A stretch of DNA of 64,000 bases from Candidatus Woesearchaeota archaeon (GTDB lineage Archaea > Nanobdellota > Nanobdellia > Pacearchaeales > GW2011-AR1). The position numbers and the translations under genes were made by a program. This document shows, in pieces, positions 8,233 through 16,093 of this stretch. The notes beneath the pieces were generated by a model. The model searched no databases. It saw only the letters and a program-made list of their open reading frames with translations, and had not been told where the DNA came from. The DNA is taken from assembly GCA_964408235.1 (NCBI GenBank), contig CAYOYN010000003.1, positions 20,295-84,294 on the forward strand. The letters run 5' to 3'. Position 1 is the stretch's first letter; each line of letters opens with the position of its first letter.

Positions 8233-8316
8233 AGCCTCTGGGGGGACTTGAACCCCCTACCTTTTGTTAATTCGAATTTTACGAAACAAATGCTCTACCT
8301 GATGAGCTACAGAGGC
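8233..8316 (-). tRNA. tRNA-Thr(CGU) with an 11-nt intron at position 37/38 (window 8269-8279)
   Basis: Minus strand reads GCCTCTG TA GCTC ATCAGGTA GAGC A TTTGT TTCGTA[AAATTCGAATT]A ACAAA AGGTA GGGGG TTCAAGT CCCCC CAGAGGC T. All stems are perfect and the mature length is 73 nt. Confidence 0.85.
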
Positions 8317-8357
8317 GAGGTATAAAGGAATAAAAAGGAAGATGTTTTTTAAATAAT

Positions 8358-8798
8358 ATGTCTGCTAAACTACTTACAATAGGAATTGCTTTGTTTCTTG
8401 CCGTAGCATTTAGCATTTTTATTTTAATAGATTCTTTAGGAGGAAATTTAAATGAGGCAACTGGCCTTGTAGTTAGCCAGGAATCTTTTCCTACATACTT
8501 AGAAACCCATCCTGCAATATCTTCCCTTCCTAAAAGTTCTTCTGTGGGATTAGTAATAGGAAGTAAAAACTATGAAATAGAAGGAAGAAATGTATATCTT
8601 TCAGATAATCAAATAGATAATGATCTTAAAATTACACTTCCTGAAGGTTATGAAACAATAATCGGAGAATTAGGACTTTGCGATGCCATAAGGAAAGCCA
8701 ATAATGAAAAACAATTAGTTGTTGATTTTTATACAAGTAAAGCCACACTTCTATTAAAGTATAGAAATTTGCTTAAATATGGGGAATGTTTGAAATAA
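8358..8798 (+). CDS. Hypothetical N-terminally anchored protein
   Basis: 146 aa with an N-terminal TM LLTIGIALFLAVAFSIFILI. It ends 1 nt before argS. Confidence 0.55.
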   Translation: MSAKLLTIGIALFLAVAFSIFILIDSLGGNLNEATGLVVSQESFPTYLETHPAISSLPKSSSVGLVIGSKNYEIEGRNVYLSDNQIDNDLKITLPEGYETIIGELGLCDAIRKANNEKQLVVDFYTSKATLLLKYRNLLKYGECLK

Positions 8799-8799
8799 T

Positions 8800-10470
8800 A
8801 TGAAAGATAAAGTAATTGATTCCTTAAAAATTACCGGCCTTGAGCCAAAAGTTATTGATGAACTTATAGAGATACCTAAAGACACTGCCCACGGAGATTA
8901 TACATTTCCTTGTTTTACCCTTTCTAAAACTTTGAAAAAAAGCCCAATGCATATTGCCAAGGAATTTGTAACTAAAATAAGTAAAAAGGGATTTGAAAGG
9001 GTTGAAGCTATTGGACCATATATCAATTTCTTTTTAGATTCTAAAAAAGTAGCACAGGATTTACTGGATAAAATAATGAAAGAAAAAAAGAGATATGGAT
9101 CTAATTCTAGCGGAAAGGGAAAAACATTTATGATGGAATTTTCACAACCTAACACCCACAAAGCATTTCATGTTGGACACATACGCGGAACTAGCTTAGG
9201 CGAAAGTATTGCGAGAATACGCGAGTTCTCAGGATATAAAGTGATAAGGGCTAATTATTCAGGAGACACTGGAATGCATATTGCTAAATGGTTATGGGCA
9301 TATAATAAATTCCACAAGGGTGAAAAAATACAAAATGATGAAAGCTGGTTTGCTAAAATATATGTTGAAGCAGTTCAAAAATTAGAAGGCAATGAAAGCG
9401 GGGAAATTGAAGTGCTTGAAATAAACAAAAAACTTGATGAAAAAAAAGATTCAAAACTTTTGAAATTATGGGAAGAAACAAGAAAAAAATCTATATCTGC
9501 TTGGAACCCAATATACAAGGACTTAATGGTAGATTTTGATGAACACTATTTTGAAAGCCAAGTTGAAGAGAAAGGGAAAAAAATATCTTTAGAACTCGTA
9601 AAAAAAGGAATCGCAGAAATTTCTGATGGCGCGACTATAATGAATCTTAAAGATAGAAATTTAGGAGTTTGGATTTTACTTAGGCGCGATGGAACAGTGC
9701 TTTATTCTGCCAAGGATATTGCCTTAGCTCAAGAAAAATTCAGAAAACATGATATGGATGAATCATTAGTAATTACTAGTGCTGAACAGAATCTGCATTT
9801 CCAGCAATTGAAGAGGACATTAGAAATTATGAATTTTAAAAACTGGGAAAAATATAATCATTTAGGTTTTGAATCTGTAAGGCTTCCTGAAGGAAAAATG
9901 TCTTCTAGAACTGGAAACAATATACTTTACGCAGATTTTAGAGATGAACTTGTTGAAGCAGCTAAAACTGAAATATCTAAAAGAGATGAGTTAAATGATA
10001 AAGAAATAAATGAAAGAGCTTTAGCAATTGCGATATCTGCAATAAAATATTCAATGTTAAAACAAGATACAAATAAAGTAATAATTTTCAATAAAGAAGA
10101 AGCGATAAGATTTGAAGGAGATACAGGACCATATTTACTATACACATTTGCTCGGGCCAATAGTATAATAAAAAAAGCTGGAAAGGTAGAGAAATTTAAA
10201 ATTGATAAAATAGAGCCACATGAAAGATCATTAATTAATGAATTGGTTCATTTTGAAGATTTGGTCTTAGAATGCTCTAAAAATTTTAATGTAAATAATA
10301 TTGCTCATTATTCTTACAACTTAGCCCAAAAATTTAATGAATTTTATCATGCTTGTCAAGTTATTGGAAGCAAAGAAGAAAAATTTAGAGTCGCACTCGT
10401 TTATGCTTTTGCCCAAGTAATGGAGAATACATTGCATTTACTTGGAATACCTACACTAAAAGAGATGTAA
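8800..10470 (+). CDS. argS: Arginine-tRNA ligase
   Basis: 556 aa. Class I HIGH-type motif (NTHKAFHVGHIRG), MSSRTG in the KMSKS position, and a C-terminal anticodon-binding DALR-like domain. Confidence 0.95.
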   Translation: MKDKVIDSLKITGLEPKVIDELIEIPKDTAHGDYTFPCFTLSKTLKKSPMHIAKEFVTKISKKGFERVEAIGPYINFFLDSKKVAQDLLDKIMKEKKRYGSNSSGKGKTFMMEFSQPNTHKAFHVGHIRGTSLGESIARIREFSGYKVIRANYSGDTGMHIAKWLWAYNKFHKGEKIQNDESWFAKIYVEAVQKLEGNESGEIEVLEINKKLDEKKDSKLLKLWEETRKKSISAWNPIYKDLMVDFDEHYFESQVEEKGKKISLELVKKGIAEISDGATIMNLKDRNLGVWILLRRDGTVLYSAKDIALAQEKFRKHDMDESLVITSAEQNLHFQQLKRTLEIMNFKNWEKYNHLGFESVRLPEGKMSSRTGNNILYADFRDELVEAAKTEISKRDELNDKEINERALAIAISAIKYSMLKQDTNKVIIFNKEEAIRFEGDTGPYLLYTFARANSIIKKAGKVEKFKIDKIEPHERSLINELVHFEDLVLECSKNFNVNNIAHYSYNLAQKFNEFYHACQVIGSKEEKFRVALVYAFAQVMENTLHLLGIPTLKEM

Positions 10471-10510
10471 ATATTTATTAACTGAATAGGCATATTGTTT
10501 TTGAGGTTGA

Positions 10511-11131
10511 ATGGAATTTAGATTTAATTTGAAAAAGAGGCATGTCTTTGCTATTATGGGTATGATCTTTTTTGTTGGAATGGTAATTGCTTATGGTAGC
10601 ACTCAACCTCCTAGCGTTATGGGACACACAACAGGAGAACTCTTTATACAGGGCCTAAGTGCTCAAGGTATAAGTGATCAATTGTTTAATCCTGTTTTTG
10701 GTTGGATGCATCAACAAGTAACTGCTCATGATACTAGAATAGCTAATTTGGAAAATAAAGCTTGGACACCACTTAACCCTACTCCATCAGCAGATTATCT
10801 TTGTTGGCCAAATGGTTCTGGAGTTTGTTCTCCTGGATTAACTGGTGGAACATATACTGGAGCCGTTCCTCCGAGTGCTAAGGAGTTCTTAGTTTATGTT
10901 GCAATATACACAGGTACAACTCCTCCACCTGGAAGTGGAGCTGACCCAGCATATTTTGAAGTTTATACTCAGGAAGGTTCTACAAAATACGCACACAGAA
11001 TTTTAGCGGCAGGACCTAATTCTCAAACATTCTGGTTGCCAGTTACTTCGGACAATCAATTATACAGAAACTTAGTTGGCGGTTCTATGAGTAACGCGAA
11101 CACTAGAGTCAGAATATTAGGATATAGGTAA
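10511..11131 (+). CDS. Hypothetical anchored/secreted Pro-Gly-Thr-rich protein
   Basis: 206 aa with an N-terminal hydrophobic segment FAIMGMIFFVGMVIAYG. A hand count on one 60-nt line gives a visibly higher G+C than the neighbours. Confidence 0.55.
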   Translation: MEFRFNLKKRHVFAIMGMIFFVGMVIAYGSTQPPSVMGHTTGELFIQGLSAQGISDQLFNPVFGWMHQQVTAHDTRIANLENKAWTPLNPTPSADYLCWPNGSGVCSPGLTGGTYTGAVPPSAKEFLVYVAIYTGTTPPPGSGADPAYFEVYTQEGSTKYAHRILAAGPNSQTFWLPVTSDNQLYRNLVGGSMSNANTRVRILGYR

Positions 11132-11176
11132 TTTTATAATAATCTTTAAATACCTCGATAAAGTTTAAAGAATCCA

Positions 11177-11347
11177 ATGGTAGGTGTTGTGCAGATATTA
11201 TTAGCTAATACAGCTATATTTTTTGTAGTCTTGATAGTCTTGCTTTTTGTTTCTGGAAGAAAAAAACATAAAGTTAAAGATAAAAAACAATATCTTTCTA
11301 AAGAATTATTAGATATTAAAGAACAGATTTCTGAAGATTTAGACTAG
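11177..11347 (+). CDS. Small membrane ORF (56 aa), below the ORF-track cutoff
   Basis: Hand translation: MVGVVQILLANTAIFFVVLIVLLFVSGRKKHKVKDKKQYLSKELLDIKEQISEDLD*. A ctttaaat box lies upstream. Confidence 0.35.
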   Translation: MVGVVQILLANTAIFFVVLIVLLFVSGRKKHKVKDKKQYLSKELLDIKEQISEDLD

Positions 11348-11352
11348 AAACT

Positions 11353-11360
11353 CTTAAAAA
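11353..11360 (+). promoter_or_regulatory. TATA-like box for the SRP RNA gene
   Basis: CTTAAAAA ends 22 nt before G11382, the first base of the terminal helix of the SRP RNA. Confidence 0.45.
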
Positions 11361-11381
11361 GCTTCTAAGAATTGATTTTAT

Positions 11382-11637
11382 GTAGGCGAGTTGGCACGTT
11401 AGCCCTGTGCTGTTACACCCGTGGGCTTCAAGTGAACTTAAAGGAGTACGTGAAACGGACAAACTTTCGTCTTTTACCGGACGTTGAGGACTTGTCCTGT
11501 TCGACCGTTCTCCTGTGAAATGGGTCAGGCCGGGAACGGAGCAGCCCTAATCAGAAGTTTCGGTGCTTGCAGTAAACAATTCCGAGGATGGTAGAAGGTC
11601 AAACGATCTTTTGACGTCAAGCAAACTCCCCGCCTAC
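11382..11637 (+). ncRNA. ffs: Signal recognition particle RNA (archaeal 7S RNA)
   Basis: G+C-rich island in AT-rich DNA. The 5' GTAGGCG pairs with the 3' CGCCTAC. It contains the conserved helix-8 element GGTCAGGCCGGGAACGGAGCAGCC (11522-11545). Ends are approximate to a few nt. Confidence 0.85.
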
Positions 11638-11650
11638 ACTTTACTAATCA

Positions 11651-11658
11651 TTTAAAAA
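11651..11658 (+). promoter_or_regulatory. TATA-like box of the pilin operon
   Basis: TTTAAAAA ends 23 nt before ATG 11681. Confidence 0.45.
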
Positions 11659-11680
11659 CTTCTTTTGACATTGAAATTTG

Positions 11681-12202
11681 ATGAACAAAAGAGGACAGGT
11701 TTTCTTGATGGCTGCGCTTATAATCGCAGGAATACTTATTAGCATAGTTAGAATATCAAATGAAAGTGTTGCAAGAGACGAACCTGAAGCTTTCTTTGAT
11801 TTAAGCGATGAAATAAGTTTTGAAACAAAAAGGGTTCTAGATTATGGAGTTATTAATGCTGAACCAAATATTAGTGAACTTGCCTCCCAATTACTTAGCA
11901 ATTATAGTGAAAATATAGGTAGCCAAGACGTGGCATTTGTATATGGGAACGCTGTAACTGGAGTTTATGCATATTATTATGAAACTGTGCAAGTTGTTGC
12001 AGCTACAATCTTAGGGGGGACTTTTATCCCGATAGAAATTGCTAGCGGTAAGGAGATAGAGGCCCAATATTCTGATATTTCTAACACTGCTACGATAAGG
12101 ATTGATGGAGTAGATTATACATTTAATTTGAAACCAGGACAAAACTTTTATTTCGTTTTAGCTAAAGATGAAGGGGGAGAGAAATTTGTCACCGTTGAAT
12201 AG
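11681..12202 (+). CDS. Prepilin-like protein, class III signal peptide (KRG|Q type)
   Basis: The N-terminus MNKRGQVFLMAALIIAGILISIV has a short basic leader, G|Q, then a hydrophobic helix. First gene of the locus. Confidence 0.7.
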   Translation: MNKRGQVFLMAALIIAGILISIVRISNESVARDEPEAFFDLSDEISFETKRVLDYGVINAEPNISELASQLLSNYSENIGSQDVAFVYGNAVTGVYAYYYETVQVVAATILGGTFIPIEIASGKEIEAQYSDISNTATIRIDGVDYTFNLKPGQNFYFVLAKDEGGEKFVTVE

Positions 12203-12692
12203 AAAGGGAGTTAGTATAATGGTAGGATATGTTTTACTAATCGCTATTGCTGTTGCCCTATCTACTGCCGTATTCTTTTATTTGAAATTGTATTTACCTG
12301 ATGAAAGGCCAGAATGTGATGTGGATATAAGGCTGACAATTGATTCTGTAACTTGTGTTTGGGATACTCCTACAAACCCTGGTTCTGTAGTAATAGACTT
12401 GAATGTAACTAATAGAGGATTATTCAAGGTTGAAGGGGCTTACATAAAAATGGGAGATTATGACAGAGTTTTTAGAGAAGATTTGAATCCAGACCTTACC
12501 CTAATATCTTCTTGTAATGGAAATACAGGATTTTTGAATCCTGGAGAAAAATTCTGTAAAAATTATTTCCGTAGCCCGGTTCCAACGATGCCTCAGGAAA
12601 TAAGCGTACAACCAGTAGTTTGGATCGAGAACAAACCAATTTTATGCCCTAATGCAGTTGTTTCTAAGACCGTTACTTGTGTATCTCCTTAA
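12168..12692 (+). CDS. Archaeal type IV pilin-like protein (Pilin_N type N-terminus)
   Basis: ...NRKG|VSIMVGYVLLIAIAVALSTAVFFYL. A TTG at 12195 would give MNRKGVS with an 8-nt overlap on the previous gene. Four Cys in the globular part. Confidence 0.75.
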   Translation: MKGERNLSPLNRKGVSIMVGYVLLIAIAVALSTAVFFYLKLYLPDERPECDVDIRLTIDSVTCVWDTPTNPGSVVIDLNVTNRGLFKVEGAYIKMGDYDRVFREDLNPDLTLISSCNGNTGFLNPGEKFCKNYFRSPVPTMPQEISVQPVVWIENKPILCPNAVVSKTVTCVSP

Positions 12693-12711
12693 TAACATAT
12701 TGAGGTCAAGA

Positions 12712-12719
12712 TATATAAA
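12712..12719 (+). promoter_or_regulatory. TATA-like box
   Basis: TATATAAA ends 22 nt before ATG 12741. Confidence 0.45.
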
Positions 12720-12740
12720 ACAATAATCTCTTATTTGTTT

Positions 12741-13235
12741 ATGTTGAAAAACAAGAGAGGAGTTAGCCCTGTTGTAGCTACAGTTTTACTTATCGTAATT
12801 GTTGTTGTTTTAGGGGCGATAATATTTATTTGGGCAAGAGGATTTTTATCTGAAAGTGCAACTAAAGGAGACCGCGTTGTTGAAAATTCTTGTGAGGATA
12901 TTAATTTTGAAGTTCAATTAGTTGATAGTGCAAGCCAATGTGGTGGTGGAGCTGCTATAGATATCAATAACATTGGAAATATACCTATTTATGGAGCCAA
13001 AGTTTTGAAATACGATGATGCTACTGGGGCCATTGATAGCTTAGCTTTAGCTGATGAAACCTTTGTAGGCGGAACAGTTACAGTAGGAAGATCATCTTAT
13101 GTTTGCTTGAGCGGAATTACTTTAAGTAGTGGAGATAAATTTAGAATTATTCCTAAATTATTGGCAGAAAAAGAAAGTAGAAAAATAGCTTATACATGCC
13201 CTGAGAAAGATGGGCAGACAGTAGTTTATAATTGA
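12741..13235 (+). CDS. Archaeal type IV pilin (Pilin_N type)
   Basis: MLKNKRG|VSPVVATVLLIVIVVVLGAIIF matches the RGVSPVIATVLL consensus of archaeal pilin N-terminal domains. Confidence 0.85.
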   Translation: MLKNKRGVSPVVATVLLIVIVVVLGAIIFIWARGFLSESATKGDRVVENSCEDINFEVQLVDSASQCGGGAAIDINNIGNIPIYGAKVLKYDDATGAIDSLALADETFVGGTVTVGRSSYVCLSGITLSSGDKFRIIPKLLAEKESRKIAYTCPEKDGQTVVYN

Positions 13236-13245
13236 TATAACAACA

Positions 13246-13253
13246 TATAAAAA
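13246..13253 (+). promoter_or_regulatory. TATA-like box
   Basis: TATAAAAA ends 22 nt before ATG 13275. Confidence 0.45.
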
Positions 13254-13274
13254 GTATTTTTAATAACGATATTT

Positions 13275-13802
13275 ATGGTGATGGTTTTCAGAAGAGGAGT
13301 TAGCCCTGTTGTTGCTACAGTTTTACTTCTTGTTTTAACAATTTCTATAGGTGGAGTAGTTTTCTCCGTAGTACTTCCTTTTGTTAATGATAAGCTTGGA
13401 GATAGCAAAGAATGTCTTGACACATTTGAGGGAGTAGAATTCCCTGAAAGTAAATTTAATTGTTACCTAAATAATGGTGCTTCTGGAATTGATGAAACTG
13501 GATTTTCAGTTAAAATAAATAAGGAAGGCATAACTAATGTAAAAGTTAGTTTAATAGACGATAATGGGAACTCTGATGTTTTTGAAATATTTGAGGGAAA
13601 TGCAGATGAAAGACATTTAAGGCCAATGGGTGGAAGTTATGGAGATGCATTGGAATTTCCTTCTGTAAGCGGACAGAGAACTTATGTAGCAGACAAATTC
13701 TATACTAAGGCAGAAATTTCTGCATTAACCCCTTCAGGAGATGTTTGCTCAGTTGCCGATATAATTGAATTTGAACCTTGTATCGGAGTTACTTTCCCAT
13801 GA
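13275..13802 (+). CDS. Archaeal type IV pilin (Pilin_N type)
   Basis: MVMVFRRG|VSPVVATVLLLVLTISIGGVVF. Paralog of the preceding gene at the N-terminus. Confidence 0.85.
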   Translation: MVMVFRRGVSPVVATVLLLVLTISIGGVVFSVVLPFVNDKLGDSKECLDTFEGVEFPESKFNCYLNNGASGIDETGFSVKINKEGITNVKVSLIDDNGNSDVFEIFEGNADERHLRPMGGSYGDALEFPSVSGQRTYVADKFYTKAEISALTPSGDVCSVADIIEFEPCIGVTFP

Positions 13803-14326
13803 TTAATAGACAAGGACAAGTTTGGGTTGAAACAGTAATTTATACATTGATAGGTCTTGCACTAATAGGCCTAGTTCTTGCTATTTTAACCCCTAAGATA
13901 AAAGAGTTTAGAGATAGAAGTGTCATAGAACAAACAATAGAGTCCCTTAATACTTTTGATTCAAAGATTATTGAAATACTAGACGCACCAGGAAACAAGA
14001 GAAAAATTAGTTTAAAATTAGAGAGGGGAGAAATAATAGTAGACTCCTTGAATGATGAATTAAAATATGTTTTAGAAGAGTCTGATGTTAGATATTCCGA
14101 ACCAGGAATAGAATTAAGCCTTGGAAGAATAAAAGTACTTACTGAGGAACTTACTGAGACATATAAAATTACATTATCCGTACCTTATGTTTACAATATA
14201 ACTTATGACGGGGCGGATAGAAATGAAGAAGCATTCCTTCCTGTAAGCATACCTTATGAATTCTTTGTTGAAAATAGAGGAATTTCTAACGGCAAAGCTT
14301 GGATAGATATTACTGAAGGATCTTAG
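13799..14326 (+). CDS. Prepilin-like protein, class III signal peptide with Glu at +5
   Basis: MINRQG|QVWVETVIYTLIGLALIGLVLAIL. ATG 13799 overlaps the previous stop (ATGA). Confidence 0.7.
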   Translation: MINRQGQVWVETVIYTLIGLALIGLVLAILTPKIKEFRDRSVIEQTIESLNTFDSKIIEILDAPGNKRKISLKLERGEIIVDSLNDELKYVLEESDVRYSEPGIELSLGRIKVLTEELTETYKITLSVPYVYNITYDGADRNEEAFLPVSIPYEFFVENRGISNGKAWIDITEGS

Positions 14327-14374
14327 TTAGGTTTAAATGTATAATTGATTTTAGAATTTAGAGATGATGAAAAG

Positions 14375-15898
14375 ATGGTGATAAGTCTAAATCCTAATCC
14401 AGTTGTACCAGCATTGCCTAAAACTACTGATAAAACTAAGGTCGATGTAAGATATGCATTAATTCAGCCTTTTGCTAATGCCCATATATATTGGGATGAT
14501 GAATTTGGAGAACTAATATACGATGTTGAAGAACCAGTATTGAAAGATGAAGATAGGGAAACAATAAAGAAATTGGAAGACGCAATGATCGAATTGATTA
14601 ACGTCAATGTAGTAACTGAAAAAACTCCTGAAAAAATAATGGAATACGTTGACAAGACTGCTAAATTCCTAATAAGTGAGTTAAATCTAAAAATTGAAGA
14701 AGGAAATTATGAAAAAATATTTTATTATTTATATAGAGATTTTGTAGGTTTTAACGAAATAGAACCTTTGTTAAGAGATTATTTTATTGAAGATATTGAA
14801 TGTAATGGAGTGAATACTCCGATATACATAGTTCACAGAACATATCACAATATTAGGACAACTTTGAAATTTAAGGAGATTGATCATTTGTCTAGCTTTG
14901 TAGAAAAACTGGCTCAACGTTCCGGAAAATATGTATCTTATTCTGAACCTTTGCTTGATGGAACACTTCCAGATGGAAGCAGAGTTAATGCAACTTATAC
15001 TCAAGATGTTACATCTAAAGGGCCTACATTTACTATCCGTAAATTTACTAAAATCCCTTGGACTCCTATTCAACTACTTTCGTTTAATACCTTGAGTCCT
15101 GAAATGCTTGCGTATTTCTGGATGCTTGTACAGTATAAAGCCAATATTTTCATAGCTGGAGGAACTTCATCTGGTAAAACTACATTACTCAATGCGATTG
15201 CGTTTTTCATCCCTCCAGAATCCCACGTTGTAAGCATTGAGGATACAAGAGAATTGAATTTACCTAGGGAGAATTGGATTCCAGCAGTGTCCAGAGTTGC
15301 AATGAGCAAGGGAGGCGTTGGAGAAATAGATCTTTTTGACTTGTTAAAAAACTCTTTCAGACAGAACCCTAATTATGTAATTGTTGGAGAAGTTAGAGGT
15401 AAGGAAGCTTTCGTATTGTTCCAGGGTATGGCCTCTGGACACCCATCTATAAGTACAATGCACGCAGATTCTGTAGATACTTTGATAAAACGTCTTGAAA
15501 CTCCCCCTATCGAACTTTCACCTACTCTCGTAAATTCCCTTGACTGTGTTGCAATTATGACTCATGCATTAATTAAGAAGAATGAGACTAGAAGATTAAG
15601 AGAAATAGTAGAAATAGTAAATGTTAAAGGGGATGGAATGGTTTTAGTAAACACCCCTTTTGTATGGAATCCTGCACAAGATGCTTTCTACTTTAAGAAA
15701 GAGAGCAAGGTTTTTGAAAAAATATCTATAAGGTATGGAGTAACAATAGAGGAATTGCAAAAAGAGTTTGCTAATAGGACTAAGTTACTTTACGAACTTT
15801 ACAGGAGAAAAATATTTGACTTTGATGAAGTAAGAAAAATAGTTGTGGACTATTACAGAAGCCCTAAAGTAGTTCTTGAGAAAATGGGAATTAAATAA
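14375..15898 (+). CDS. Type II/IV secretion-system ATPase (PilB/ArlI/TadA superfamily)
   Basis: Walker A GGTSSGKTT, Asp box/Walker B region, VGEVRGKEA and GHPSISTMHADS His box. First in-frame ATG is at 14375; the ORF is open from 14345. Confidence 0.9.
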   Translation: MVISLNPNPVVPALPKTTDKTKVDVRYALIQPFANAHIYWDDEFGELIYDVEEPVLKDEDRETIKKLEDAMIELINVNVVTEKTPEKIMEYVDKTAKFLISELNLKIEEGNYEKIFYYLYRDFVGFNEIEPLLRDYFIEDIECNGVNTPIYIVHRTYHNIRTTLKFKEIDHLSSFVEKLAQRSGKYVSYSEPLLDGTLPDGSRVNATYTQDVTSKGPTFTIRKFTKIPWTPIQLLSFNTLSPEMLAYFWMLVQYKANIFIAGGTSSGKTTLLNAIAFFIPPESHVVSIEDTRELNLPRENWIPAVSRVAMSKGGVGEIDLFDLLKNSFRQNPNYVIVGEVRGKEAFVLFQGMASGHPSISTMHADSVDTLIKRLETPPIELSPTLVNSLDCVAIMTHALIKKNETRRLREIVEIVNVKGDGMVLVNTPFVWNPAQDAFYFKKESKVFEKISIRYGVTIEELQKEFANRTKLLYELYRRKIFDFDEVRKIVVDYYRSPKVVLEKMGIK

Positions 15899-15902
15899 AA
15901 GG

Positions 15903-15910
15903 TATATAAA
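15903..15910 (+). promoter_or_regulatory. TATA-like box
   Basis: TATATAAA ends 22 nt before ATG 15932. Confidence 0.4.
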
Positions 15911-15931
15911 GCAAAATACATTCGTATAATT

Positions 15932-16093
15932 ATGAAAAAAGAGGATGTTTTTTTAGCATATAAAATGCTTGTGCAAATGAAGGAACTATCTGAAAAACTT
16001 GATGATTCTATAAAAAAAGAAGATTTTGAGAGAGCTAATCAATTCAAACAAAAAATATTGGAATTACAAAGGAGCATTAAAAAAATATTATGA
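15932..16093 (+). CDS. 53-aa UVR-motif-like mini-protein, below the ORF-track cutoff
   Basis: Hand translation: MKKEDVFLAYKMLVQMKELSEKLDDSIKKEDFERANQFKQKILELQRSIKKIL*. The stop overlaps ATG 16090 (ATGA). It has its own TATA box at the canonical spacing. Confidence 0.45.
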   Translation: MKKEDVFLAYKMLVQMKELSEKLDDSIKKEDFERANQFKQKILELQRSIKKIL

